Below are positions 47,708 through 57,522 of a stretch of 64,000 nucleotides of DNA, piece by piece (positions within the stretch are counted from its first letter, which is position 1; each line of letters starts with the position of its first letter). The position numbers and the translations under genes are program-made. The DNA comes from an uncultured virus (IMG/VR IMGVR_UViG_3300030061_003823) (taxonomy: Duplodnaviria; Heunggongvirae; Uroviricota; Caudoviricetes): IMG/VR virus record IMGVR_UViG_3300030061_003823. The stretch is one strand, 5' to 3'. The notes below the pieces were generated by a model. That model was given only the letters and a program-made list of their open reading frames with translations, had not been told where the DNA came from and searched no databases.

Positions 47708-48496
47708 TTAGTATCCGGAAGAATTACCTTCCTTTCCTTTATAAATATCGTAAGCTCTAGAGGTTCCTACTCTTGTTGCCCCTGCTTTTACCATATCATC
47801 TAAATCTTTTCTATTATAAACACCTCCCGATGCTTTAATTGGTAGGTCACCAGAAACAGATTTCATTAAAGACACATCATCTATTGTGGCCCCTGTTCCT
47901 TTATAGAACCCTGTTGAGGTTTTTACGAATACGTTCTGTGCTTTACTCGGGAAGTTATCCATAACTTTACTACTTATTAGATTGGTTATCCCTTCTATTT
48001 CTTCTTTGGAAAGGGCTCCAGTTTCTATAATCCACTTTACCATCTTTCCATTATTTAATCCTACTTCAGTACCAGCAACAATATCTTCCATTACTTTTTC
48101 TATTTCTCCTCTCTGGAAAGCTTGGTAGTCAGCCACATAATCCAATTCATCAACCCCGTTTCTTATTGCCTCTTCCGCTTCACGTACTTTATCTAAAGTT
48201 GTTCCACCTCCCCCTGGAAAATCTATGACCGTACCAATTACTAGGTTTGAATTGGTATTATCTATCATTTCTCTTGCAGTCGACACGAACTCTGGTCTTA
48301 TCATAACTAACTTAAAGTTATTATCTATTGCTTCTTGAATTGTTTTTATCACCACATTTCTGTTATCCTCATCACTAATGTCAGCTTGTTCTCCTGTTTT
48401 AAGGTAAGTTGAGTCTAGATACTTTGTAATATCTTCTTCCTCTCTAATATTCATTAGATTTTTAATTCTTGCTATTTCATTTATTAAGTTAGACAT
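47708..48496 (-). CDS. deoC: deoxyribose-phosphate aldolase with N-terminal tag
   Basis: LDSTYLK, TVIDFPGG, DELDYV, VKWIIETG, FVKTSTGF, IKASGGV and RVGTS motifs. Confidence 0.93.
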   Translation of the reverse strand: MSNLINEIARIKNLMNIREEEDITKYLDSTYLKTGEQADISDEDNRNVVIKTIQEAIDNNFKLVMIRPEFVSTAREMIDNTNSNLVIGTVIDFPGGGGTTLDKVREAEEAIRNGVDELDYVADYQAFQRGEIEKVMEDIVAGTEVGLNNGKMVKWIIETGALSKEEIEGITNLISSKVMDNFPSKAQNVFVKTSTGFYKGTGATIDDVSLMKSVSGDLPIKASGGVYNRKDLDDMVKAGATRVGTSRAYDIYKGKEGNSSGY

Positions 48497-48530
48497 ATTT
48501 TTCAACTTACAAAATTACAAAATTTTATTA

Positions 48531-49106
48531 TTAATGCCATACTACAGCCCCATCTTGTGAAGCGTTGCACATTGCATTTTTCCAATCATCCCATTTAGCA
48601 AGGAACCAATCTTTATCTTCACCAGTTAATTCTATTGTTGGATGTATTTTTAACCAAGCTTTATCAACCACATCCTTCATTTCTCTTTCAAATGAAACAA
48701 AGTCATTACAAAGTTTATCTGTAACCGGGGCGGCAATATATCCTTCCGCATCCGAATAGTTAATTAATTGTTCAAAAGGATAATCTTCTCCATCATGTTC
48801 CCACGCCTCGTGACTACCACCAGCAAATCCCGCGCCAACTTTTGCTAATGTATTTCTCCATTCTCCATAACCACTATACGAACCGGCCCTAAAACCATCT
48901 ACATTCTCACCAAGATAAGTACCTGGAGGATAATTTCCATATCTTTCTTTTCCCCAATAACCCGCTTGGTACAAACTTACAACACTCATATCTCCTGGTA
49001 TATCTGCTTCTGCTTCCCAGTCGTAGTATTCATCACTCCATGGTTCCATACCTTCTGGTAAATCAAAAGGTTGTAAACGTGTATATACTGATATATCTAA
49101 TCCCAT
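48531..49106 (-). CDS. hypothetical protein (MGLD...FRAGSYSGY...LINYSDAEG)
   Basis: 191 aa. Confidence 0.8.
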   Translation of the reverse strand: MGLDISVYTRLQPFDLPEGMEPWSDEYYDWEAEADIPGDMSVVSLYQAGYWGKERYGNYPPGTYLGENVDGFRAGSYSGYGEWRNTLAKVGAGFAGGSHEAWEHDGEDYPFEQLINYSDAEGYIAAPVTDKLCNDFVSFEREMKDVVDKAWLKIHPTIELTGEDKDWFLAKWDDWKNAMCNASQDGAVVWH

Positions 49107-49495
49107 TATCCTTTGAAAAGTTTTTTCTTCCCTCCTTCATAAACATAAGCGTGACCTTCTTCTATTAGTTTATTGTTTATATTAATTTGATTATCGTCTT
49201 TGTCCATTATGAATATTTCTCCTAGTAATCTTCCATACTTACCTACCCCGTATGATTTAATTCTAAAAAATCCTGGTTTAGCTGAAACCTTATCTAATAA
49301 TTCTATTAGTCTTGCTTTTGCTTCTAATCCTTTTGCTTTCTCAGCGAGATCTCTAGTTCTTGATTCCCATGTATCGATTCCTTTGAACCTTACTCTTTTC
49401 TTTAACCAAATATTAAACCCAACATCTATCATTGCATCGATGGTGTCACCATCTACAACTCTATCTAACTTTCCTCTGTATATATATTTTTCCAT
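49106..49495 (-). CDS. thermonuclease (SNase-like)
   Basis: RVVDGDTID, VRFKGIDTWE, GKYGRLLG and LIEEGHA motifs. Confidence 0.9.
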   Translation of the reverse strand: MEKYIYRGKLDRVVDGDTIDAMIDVGFNIWLKKRVRFKGIDTWESRTRDLAEKAKGLEAKARLIELLDKVSAKPGFFRIKSYGVGKYGRLLGEIFIMDKDDNQININNKLIEEGHAYVYEGGKKKLFKG

Positions 49496-49498
49496 AAT

Positions 49499-50815
49499 TT
49501 ATCTTAATAGTTTGTTAATTCTTTTAATTTCCTCGGATAATTTTTCCCTGTCGAGTTCCTTTTCCATTTCCTCTTCTCTATCAATACCTTTTTCTATCTT
49601 TTCTTTCTCCCATTTTTTCCGTTCATCATCTGTCGGTTTTGTACCAACAAAACCAATTCCCGGAACATTCCCTGAAGTTGGTAAGTTTTCAGGACAACCA
49701 TTTTGATTTAGAAACACCACAGCTGGAGCCCCACCTGTACCCACTCCCAAAACATCCACAATTAACCATAATGTATCTGATGGAAAATTACCATTTGTAT
49801 GTGGAGGAGCATCATTTATAAGATTTCCTACTTGTGCTTGATGGTTTATTAGATTTAGAAGTGGAGCCGGAGTACTTGAAAAACGTAAAGGGGTTTCCAA
49901 TGGTTGTCCCCCATTACATGCAAAATAATTATTAGGACTTCCTGTTACATCTATAGGATTGTCTTCACATGTACATATTCGAGTCTGTTGGTGTATGTTT
50001 GGGTCGGAAAAATCATAAGTACATGAACCATCATCTTGAGTAGCGTTTGGGTCATAGTTTGTTGCTGCTGGGTCTGTACAACCTAAAATAGTAAAAGTAC
50101 AACTACCATCATCTTGAGTTGCTAATGGGTCATAATTATTTGCTGTTGAATCTGTGCAACCAAGAACAGGTGGTAGTTCAGAACACGCTGGTACCCCACC
50201 ATTAGTGGAACAATTACTCATATTATGTGAACAATCTATACTAAGAGGTTGATCACCCCCTGAAGGACATGGTGCACTTGATTGATTTCTTGTCTCATAA
50301 ATCCACGGTTTGAATTCATCTAAGAATGCTCCATTATGTGCTATTTTCATATTTATCCCTGAAGAAGCTGCTAGTACTTGTCCATCTTGAGGTAATTGGC
50401 AATCTACAATTCGATTCATTCCTTGGTACCATGTGGAATAGGATGTACCATTGTGTGGTGGACAAAATAAATAACCGACAGGACTGTTAACAGGTCCAAC
50501 AGATAAAGCCCCATAGGCCCATAAAGAATTTCTTACAATTTGTGGTAATAACTGGTATTCAGCATTAGTGTAAACTCTTCCCATTCCATCTGTTAAAGGG
50601 TAGGTAGTTGACCAATCAGCCCACGTACCAGTAGTTGAGTCCCATCCTTCGGTACCAAATTGTGACCATGACCAATGTTCTGGAGGTACTCCTGGTTGAA
50701 TATCGCAGGCACAACCATATATTCTCTTACCTAAGGTTGGTGTTCCTGGTATTAAAACGTAAGTTTGTTCAGTTAGTAGTTTTAATTGTTTTTTTATATC
50801 GTCTCTTAAATTCAT
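49499..50815 (-). CDS. Cys-rich modular protein, two GCTD repeats, both tags
   Basis: MNLRDDIKKQLKLLTEQ; C-term LSEEIKRINKLLR. Confidence 0.88.
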   Translation of the reverse strand: MNLRDDIKKQLKLLTEQTYVLIPGTPTLGKRIYGCACDIQPGVPPEHWSWSQFGTEGWDSTTGTWADWSTTYPLTDGMGRVYTNAEYQLLPQIVRNSLWAYGALSVGPVNSPVGYLFCPPHNGTSYSTWYQGMNRIVDCQLPQDGQVLAASSGINMKIAHNGAFLDEFKPWIYETRNQSSAPCPSGGDQPLSIDCSHNMSNCSTNGGVPACSELPPVLGCTDSTANNYDPLATQDDGSCTFTILGCTDPAATNYDPNATQDDGSCTYDFSDPNIHQQTRICTCEDNPIDVTGSPNNYFACNGGQPLETPLRFSSTPAPLLNLINHQAQVGNLINDAPPHTNGNFPSDTLWLIVDVLGVGTGGAPAVVFLNQNGCPENLPTSGNVPGIGFVGTKPTDDERKKWEKEKIEKGIDREEEMEKELDREKLSEEIKRINKLLR

Positions 50816-50827
50816 ATTAATATTTTT

Positions 50828-51508
50828 TTAACAATTACATGCTTGTATTTGACACTGTGAGTATTTGGCTTTAGCCATTTTCGCAATGAATTGATTTGCG
50901 TTTGATAAGCCGCTATTTTGACCTGCGGTCCATATATCACTCGCATTATTATATGGTCCAGTTTGTGGGGTTGGAGCCCCTGCCATAATAGAAATAGCTT
51001 GTTGTTCTAGATTAGTTGCTGGCCAAGCATAATTTGAACAATCTCTATTATTAATCCAAGTTGATGCCCAACTTGCATTAGGGTTTTGGAACCACTGTTG
51101 TGCACATGGTGATCCTGGTGTTGTGTCACATGGTGGTCCTCCAGCTGTAAAATTACAAGATGAATGAGAACCTGTTAAAGCGTCCCAATTAGGTCCAGGT
51201 GGGGTGTTTGGATTTAGTACATCAATAACATGATAACCTGCTCCAATATTAAACCCACTGTGTCCAGGATTTGTTGAAACAGCTCCTGGTGCTATAATTT
51301 GTCCTACATAAGGTGTTTGTCCTCCCACTAAATATTGTTTATCCCAAGTAGTACTTACACTACCATATTGAGAGGATGCTCTCCACGCTGCACAACTTCC
51401 ATATTGGTCTGCGTCTGAACATTTACACGACAGAAAGCCCATTCTTTGGGGAGTACCTTGTTCGGTAATTAATCTCAATTCTTTTTTTATGTTTTCTCTT
51501 AAATTCAT
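50828..51508 (-). CDS. Cys-rich modular protein (tag family)
   Basis: MNLRENIKKELRLITEQ; C-terminal module near-identical to that of 43298-44017. Confidence 0.88.
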   Translation of the reverse strand: MNLRENIKKELRLITEQGTPQRMGFLSCKCSDADQYGSCAAWRASSQYGSVSTTWDKQYLVGGQTPYVGQIIAPGAVSTNPGHSGFNIGAGYHVIDVLNPNTPPGPNWDALTGSHSSCNFTAGGPPCDTTPGSPCAQQWFQNPNASWASTWINNRDCSNYAWPATNLEQQAISIMAGAPTPQTGPYNNASDIWTAGQNSGLSNANQFIAKMAKAKYSQCQIQACNC

Positions 51509-53008
51509 TTATTTTAATAGTTGTTTAATTCTTTTTATTTCTTCACCCATTAATCCCTTATCTATAGGAGTTTCTGAATCTGGAATGTAGTCCACCTTTT
51601 TCCTTCTCTTTCTAGGTTTTTTATCCTTTATTTTCTCAAACTTCTTACAACACTTACAAGAATCATCTTGTATGAAACCATCTTTACAATACTTACAAAA
51701 TTCAGGTAGTTCTAAATTATACGTTTGTTGTAGTTTTGAGAATAACACATTTTTATCACAAGGATCTTTTTTACAACATTTACACATTGGGTCATTTAAT
51801 CCTTCGTACTTACATTTCTCACAAAAATGTACTACATCAAGGTCAATAGGTGAAACACCTGATATACCCCCAATCCCAACTTGATTTGGATCAATCCAAT
51901 TACTATAATTCTGTTTGAGGTATTTTACTAATCCATCACATGGATTATCTGTTGTAACAACTGGAGGACAGTAATCATTATTATCACACATCCAATCTGC
52001 ACACCCTGTTGGAGGAATGCTTGGTTGAATTGGTCCTGTTGCACACCATTCACAACATGGTGTTAAGTCATTAATACAACTCCCATCATCAGTATTTGCT
52101 TGGGAGTTATAATTAAAAGCCAACGGGTCGGTACAGCCGTAAATAGGATAAATACAAGAGTTATCATCAATGGTAGCACTAGAGTCATAATTTATTGCGT
52201 TAGGATCAGTACAACCTAATAAATCATAAGTACATGAACCATCATCAACTACAGCATTGGGATCATAGTTGTTCGCTGCAGAATCTGTACAACCTAGTGT
52301 AAATTCACAAGAACCATCGTCTATGGTTGCCGCGGGGTTATAATTATTGGCAGTTGGGTCTGTACAACCTAAGTAATCACATGATCCATCATCTATTGTT
52401 GCCGTTGTATCGTAATTTGATGCGTTTGGATCCGTACATCCAAGAACATCATAAATACATGAACCATCATCAATATTTGCTGAAACATTATAGTTATTTG
52501 CAAATGAATCAGTACATCCCAATATATCATAGGTACAACTTCCATTATCTACATTTGCAAGAGGATTATAATTATTGGCGGTTGAATCTGTACATCCTAG
52601 TACATCATAGGTACATGAACCATCACTACATCCCGCAATAGAATCGTAATTATTAGCGGCTGGGTCGGTACAGCCTGGATAAGTACAAGTACCATCATCA
52701 ATTGTGGCTAATGGATCATAATTACAAGCTAATGGGTCTATACAACCATTAACAGTTGCAGGATATACACAACAATCACCAGGATAAGTTCCTGGTCCAC
52801 AATGGTCTGTGTTCCCAAAACAATCAGCACATCCCGGAGGACTTGGGTTATTATTGGGTCCATCATTATTACAAGGATGAGTTGCAGTAGATTCGTAGTT
52901 GGTAGCAGTAGGGTCCATACAACCATAATCCACAAATGTAGGTGGTGGACTAGGATTATATAGACACGACTCTAAGAGAGCTTTCCTTATAGAATCTTTG
53001 ATGCCCAT
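51509..53008 (-). CDS. Cys-rich repeat protein (about 10 GCTD...DDGSC repeats), both tags
   Basis: IKDSIRKALLE; FCxxCK...CKCC modules; C-term MGEEIKRIKQLLK. Confidence 0.9.
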   Translation of the reverse strand: MGIKDSIRKALLESCLYNPSPPPTFVDYGCMDPTATNYESTATHPCNNDGPNNNPSPPGCADCFGNTDHCGPGTYPGDCCVYPATVNGCIDPLACNYDPLATIDDGTCTYPGCTDPAANNYDSIAGCSDGSCTYDVLGCTDSTANNYNPLANVDNGSCTYDILGCTDSFANNYNVSANIDDGSCIYDVLGCTDPNASNYDTTATIDDGSCDYLGCTDPTANNYNPAATIDDGSCEFTLGCTDSAANNYDPNAVVDDGSCTYDLLGCTDPNAINYDSSATIDDNSCIYPIYGCTDPLAFNYNSQANTDDGSCINDLTPCCEWCATGPIQPSIPPTGCADWMCDNNDYCPPVVTTDNPCDGLVKYLKQNYSNWIDPNQVGIGGISGVSPIDLDVVHFCEKCKYEGLNDPMCKCCKKDPCDKNVLFSKLQQTYNLELPEFCKYCKDGFIQDDSCKCCKKFEKIKDKKPRKRRKKVDYIPDSETPIDKGLMGEEIKRIKQLLK

Positions 53009-53013
53009 AAAAT

Positions 53014-53169
53014 TTATATTTCAAATCCTAAATTAAAAATCATGAATCTACACTTTGTAGTGAAGTCTATTTTAATCTCTAATACAGTAAAAGTACCAAG
53101 TCTGAAAGTTAAACTATATTTTTCCTTTTTATTTCCGGCATCAAAACCATTTATCCAATTTATTTTCAT
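53014..53169 (-). CDS. small hypothetical protein (51 aa, not in ORF track)
   Basis: MKINWINGFDAGNKKEKYSLTFRLG... Confidence 0.6.
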   Translation of the reverse strand: MKINWINGFDAGNKKEKYSLTFRLGTFTVLEIKIDFTTKCRFMIFNLGFEI

Positions 53170-53175
53170 TTGAGT

Positions 53176-54108
53176 TTATTTTAATAATTGTTTTATTCTT
53201 GTCATTTCTTCTCTCAATTCTTTTTGATCTTTAGTTTCTTTTGGTGCTAGTGTTTTAGATTGTAAGGCAGGGCCAACAACACTCTTAGGATCACAATTAC
53301 CTTTTTTGTCTGCACAACAACATTCGTCTGGATTCCAGTTTCCGTATGGTTTTTTACATCCTTTTTCTCCACTACCTTCTGGACACCCACATTCACACTC
53401 TGGTGGTGGTCCTTGAACATGGTTTGGATTGTCACATACAATCTCTGGACAACCATCTCCTGTTGAGGTATTGGTACGACCGTCACCTTTACAACATCCT
53501 GGTTTATTTACATCTTCTGTACACTTGGTGCACTGACCGTTAAGTCTATATTCACCAGGTACATCACATGGTGGACACTTAGTAGAAGTATTAGTACGTT
53601 CCTCATCACAACATGGACAGTCAACATGATTATAATAATAATGAGTTTGGATTGGACACCCATAACAAAATTCTAAATTATTTGTATAAAATGGTGAGTT
53701 TGAGTCTTGTGGTGGGCACGGTCCGTCATGAGCATCTCCACAACAAGGAGCCCATCCTAAGGATGTATTTAATTGATTTCCTTGTGCAAATGTTCCATAT
53801 CCTAAAACTGCTTGACTCCATCCTGTATCACAATGGTTTGTTATTTGGGAATTTTGAGCCGTTCCTCCAAATGGTCCTACCATATTTCCGGCAAGCATTT
53901 CACAACAATCTATATCTCCAAAGTCACTAGCTGGTCCTCCTAGTGCTATAGTACCTGGAGTCCATGCTCCTGACACTGACGGTGCTAACTGAGAAGTCCA
54001 AGCAACACAAGGATCTACAGAACTTGAACTTTGTTGGTTCTGAGTTGCCTCATCTAAGTTTAATATCTTTTTTGCTTGTTCTTCTGTTATTCTAAATTTC
54101 TTTTTCAT
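53176..54108 (-). CDS. Cys-rich protein with both tags
   Basis: MKKKFRITEEQAKKIL; C-term ELREEMTRIKQLLK. Confidence 0.88.
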   Translation of the reverse strand: MKKKFRITEEQAKKILNLDEATQNQQSSSSVDPCVAWTSQLAPSVSGAWTPGTIALGGPASDFGDIDCCEMLAGNMVGPFGGTAQNSQITNHCDTGWSQAVLGYGTFAQGNQLNTSLGWAPCCGDAHDGPCPPQDSNSPFYTNNLEFCYGCPIQTHYYYNHVDCPCCDEERTNTSTKCPPCDVPGEYRLNGQCTKCTEDVNKPGCCKGDGRTNTSTGDGCPEIVCDNPNHVQGPPPECECGCPEGSGEKGCKKPYGNWNPDECCCADKKGNCDPKSVVGPALQSKTLAPKETKDQKELREEMTRIKQLLK

Positions 54109-56207
54109 TTCATTAATTTTTTTATTCTTTTTATTTGTTCTTGTAATTCCTCATCAGGTAATAGGTCTATCACCTCTCCACTCGGAGTTGGTGTATAAGC
54201 CCCTGTCCAAGACTGTTTCTGAGGATATATCTCTTGTTCTCCTCCTGTTGGTTGAGTGTCTTCCACCCCTCCTGTTATTTTTTCATTCCAGGTATCTGGA
54301 ATGTTTTTATATTTACTACCTGTATAGTTAGGATTTCTTCTGTATCTAAAGTCAACATTCCCCCTAGTTCCCGATTTTCCGTACATTAAATCTAATTGTT
54401 CGAGAAACTCTTTTATATTTTTATCGAATTCTCCAGCCACTTGAGGGGTAACAAGACTACCTATAGCTTTATTACCTAATATGTATTTCCAAAGAGCTGT
54501 GCTATTTCCTTGGAGACTTTTAATTTTTGGTGGTATTTCTGGTTGTATTTCTGGTTGTTTAATAAATTCTGGTGGAAGTTCTCCTTTTTGTTCGGTTAAT
54601 GCAGGGTTAGCCATATATCCTCCTCTTTCCGAATCAGGAATAAATTTATTTGGTCCTCGTGCTCCCGTGTTTCTTTTCTGAGTCAATGGTGTTGTGGTTG
54701 ATGGGTCGTATTTGGGACCAACATTTCCTAAATATTTTTTACCTCCTTCAAATTCAATGTCTATGATTCCTTGAAGTGCATTTTGTGCTCTTTTTAATAT
54801 TGGAAATTTTGCTTTTCTCGTATTAGTTATCCAAACTGCCATTTTTTGTTGATCCTCTAGAAACTTATTTCCTTGTACGTCAACATCTCGCCAATCGACT
54901 CTTCCCATGTCAGCATCTGATTTATAATCTCCAAAAGTTACTGGTGCAATTAGTTCATCCCCAAACCCAATATATAATAAATCTCTATATTCTAAATTTC
55001 TAGAACCTTTAGCAACCCCTGGTGTTGGTCCTTTTTTTATACTATCTCCTTGGAATGGTGCAAATTCAGGATTGTAAGCATCTATGTCAACAGTTTCTGT
55101 TTCAGCTGCTGGTGGTTGTCCATCAACAGCTCCAGAGAATATAGAATTTTGATGATTATCTTTTGCCCCTGATTTTACAGTTTCTTCACCTCCTTGGTTT
55201 GTAACCTTCTTTGTTAGTTTTACCTTAACTACACCATCTAATCCTTTCTCTGCTAATTTTTTATTTACTGAATCTAAAAGGGCATCTCCCCCCGCATCAG
55301 CTCGTAACTCTCTTAATGACTTATTTGTTCCATCACCTGGAGTGTCCCAACCACTTCCTGTGTTTGAAGCACCTCCTGCCGCATCCAAATCTAATGTTAC
55401 ATTAGTATAACCTGCATCTACTAAAGATTGTACATCATCTACATACTTGTCTGCTATATCGTTAAGTTGGTTTACAGCATTATTATCCAAATCATAACTC
55501 CCTTTTTCAAATTGAATCCCTGTTTCGTAACCAGCATTCTGAATATCTGGATTATCTCCCGCTTGTAAATCATCTTTTACTGGTTTTATATCTAAAACAT
55601 TAAAGTCAGTATCATCTTTATTAACATTATCAGCATATTGTTCAATTCCAGGTTGATCGATATCCATTTGAACTTCCTTATCAGCACCACCTGCACCCAT
55701 GATTACTGCAATGATTGGTATCATAATGAATAGTCTCACCGCTGTGTTGGTGTCTCTCCAAAACTTTCCAATTGACCCAAATTCTAATAGTATACCTTCA
55801 GCAATTGTACCTTGTTCAGATGAACTCGTAAGGAATGTAGAAAGAGCACTGAAGGCTTTTTGGTACTTACCTTGTTTCCATAAACCCCTAACTTCATTTG
55901 CGATGGGTTGGTTTTTTAATGCCTTACCAGTTTCTTCCGCTGCTTTATATTCTGCGTTACCTAACTTATTCTTAGCGAGTCCCTTCATCTTTTCAATGGC
56001 TCCCTTCCCTAAATCAGACAACCATGAAAATAATTTAACGGCCTCATCAAGTTTTTCTTCTGTTAGTTGATGCCCATAAGCTTTATCAATAACTTCCCAA
56101 AGTCCTTTATATTCCCAACCACTTCTATTTTTTATCCGTGAATATTCAAGTAGTAAATTAGATTCTTTTAATAAAGTTCTTTTATATCTTCTATTATGTA
56201 CAGTCAT
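54105..56207 (-). CDS. large tagged protein with TM segment and OmpA-C-like (peptidoglycan-binding) segment
   Basis: TM AVRLFIMIPIIAVIMG; IQFEKGSYDL...LNDIA...GGASNTG...LRELRA resembles OmpA-C; C-term LQEQIKRIKKLMK. Confidence 0.7.
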   Translation of the reverse strand: MTVHNRRYKRTLLKESNLLLEYSRIKNRSGWEYKGLWEVIDKAYGHQLTEEKLDEAVKLFSWLSDLGKGAIEKMKGLAKNKLGNAEYKAAEETGKALKNQPIANEVRGLWKQGKYQKAFSALSTFLTSSSEQGTIAEGILLEFGSIGKFWRDTNTAVRLFIMIPIIAVIMGAGGADKEVQMDIDQPGIEQYADNVNKDDTDFNVLDIKPVKDDLQAGDNPDIQNAGYETGIQFEKGSYDLDNNAVNQLNDIADKYVDDVQSLVDAGYTNVTLDLDAAGGASNTGSGWDTPGDGTNKSLRELRADAGGDALLDSVNKKLAEKGLDGVVKVKLTKKVTNQGGEETVKSGAKDNHQNSIFSGAVDGQPPAAETETVDIDAYNPEFAPFQGDSIKKGPTPGVAKGSRNLEYRDLLYIGFGDELIAPVTFGDYKSDADMGRVDWRDVDVQGNKFLEDQQKMAVWITNTRKAKFPILKRAQNALQGIIDIEFEGGKKYLGNVGPKYDPSTTTPLTQKRNTGARGPNKFIPDSERGGYMANPALTEQKGELPPEFIKQPEIQPEIPPKIKSLQGNSTALWKYILGNKAIGSLVTPQVAGEFDKNIKEFLEQLDLMYGKSGTRGNVDFRYRRNPNYTGSKYKNIPDTWNEKITGGVEDTQPTGGEQEIYPQKQSWTGAYTPTPSGEVIDLLPDEELQEQIKRIKKLMK

Positions 56208-56263
56208 TAAAATATAGTTTCTATATAAATACTTTAATTATTAAAAGAATTTCACTAATTCCA

Positions 56264-56779
56264 TTACGAATTAATATGTAAGGTTGCTTTTTTATAACGG
56301 TAAGCCTCAGTACCTACTGATTCTAGGAAATCTATCTTCTTTTTGAATCGTCTATTCATAGCATCTCGTACTATATAATAACCTGTCTTATGTCCTGCCT
56401 CAACATAAACTGTATCACCATATCTGATAGGACCATCATTAAACCATAATAGGTCTTGACTAACGGCAATCCAGTTTAAGTGACTACAACTATCAATGTT
56501 TGGTATCTTAGATTGGTCAGCCGTTATATCTGGAGTATCATCACATTGACCTACAACAGGATGGTACATGGTCGCACATACTGTAAGTACTGTACTATCT
56601 TGTAATATAATAGGTGAGTCCATAATAATAGTGGTATCTATAGTCTGAGTTGAATCCTTATCATTTATTGGACCCTCATTCTCAATCATAATTTTTGATG
56701 GTTCTATTACTGTTAAAACCCCATACATTATCATAGTAGATATGAATATCCAAAATAATATTTTTAATAAATTTTTCAT
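56264..56779 (-). CDS. 3D-domain (MltA/RlpA-like) cell-wall-active protein with N-terminal TM
   Basis: ATMY...D..PDITA...IAVSQDL...YGDTVYV...VRD.M...KIDF motifs. Confidence 0.8.
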   Translation of the reverse strand: MKNLLKILFWIFISTMIMYGVLTVIEPSKIMIENEGPINDKDSTQTIDTTIIMDSPIILQDSTVLTVCATMYHPVVGQCDDTPDITADQSKIPNIDSCSHLNWIAVSQDLLWFNDGPIRYGDTVYVEAGHKTGYYIVRDAMNRRFKKKIDFLESVGTEAYRYKKATLHINS

Positions 56780-57522
56780 TACTCTATTGCGTTTCTAACT
56801 TCGGGTGATGTGTCTTCCATTGACCAATCAATTATTTCTCCTTCTATATTATCAGAAAAATAGTCCCATGTTGTTCTGTCATCATAACCTCTCCCCATCT
56901 CATCCTCATCCTCCTCAAATATAATAGTATCGTAATCATCTCTTAAACAATCGATACTACAACCATCGTCAATAAGATCATTTTGTAAACTATAAAATAT
57001 ACCTTTATAATCATTCCACCAATATAATTCCACTGCAGCATCCTCCCATTCTATACATTCACAATCCTCTTCTCCATAGTCACATTCTTCTTCTCCCCAC
57101 TCCTCTAGTTCTTCATCATAAACTTCTTTCTCCGCAAAGCGACATTCACATTGCATTTCATATTCATATGAAGTTTCACCATGACATTCATCATAATAAG
57201 TTTCATATTCATAATCATCTGCAAGATATTCTACTTCATAACGATAGATTTCTGGGATTAGGACTTCTTGAGGTGATAAATCTTCGAATGGGTTAGTCTG
57301 TGTTGACCCTACCTGCTCATCAGCATTTGCCTTAGAAATTAAACAATAAAAAGCAATATCATCATTCCATCGCGACATACCAAAGAACTTAACTAATATC
57401 TCGTTGTAGTATCCAAAAGTAGTATTACCACATTCTTGATTATGTGAATTCGATGTACTGGCTGCTATATTCCAAGCTTGTTTAAGAATAATCCAAGAAT
57501 TTCTATTTACACCTTTAGTCAT
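56779..57522 (-). CDS. very acidic hypothetical protein
   Basis: 247 aa, Glu/Asp/Tyr/Cys-rich. Confidence 0.75.
   Translation of the reverse strand: MTKGVNRNSWIILKQAWNIAASTSNSHNQECGNTTFGYYNEILVKFFGMSRWNDDIAFYCLISKANADEQVGSTQTNPFEDLSPQEVLIPEIYRYEVEYLADDYEYETYYDECHGETSYEYEMQCECRFAEKEVYDEELEEWGEEECDYGEEDCECIEWEDAAVELYWWNDYKGIFYSLQNDLIDDGCSIDCLRDDYDTIIFEEDEDEMGRGYDDRTTWDYFSDNIEGEIIDWSMEDTSPEVRNAIE

Noticed and set aside
43298..51132. Near-identical repeat pair as a DGR template/variable region
   Set aside because: Both copies are coding, the differences are not visibly confined to adenines, and no reverse transcriptase is present in the window
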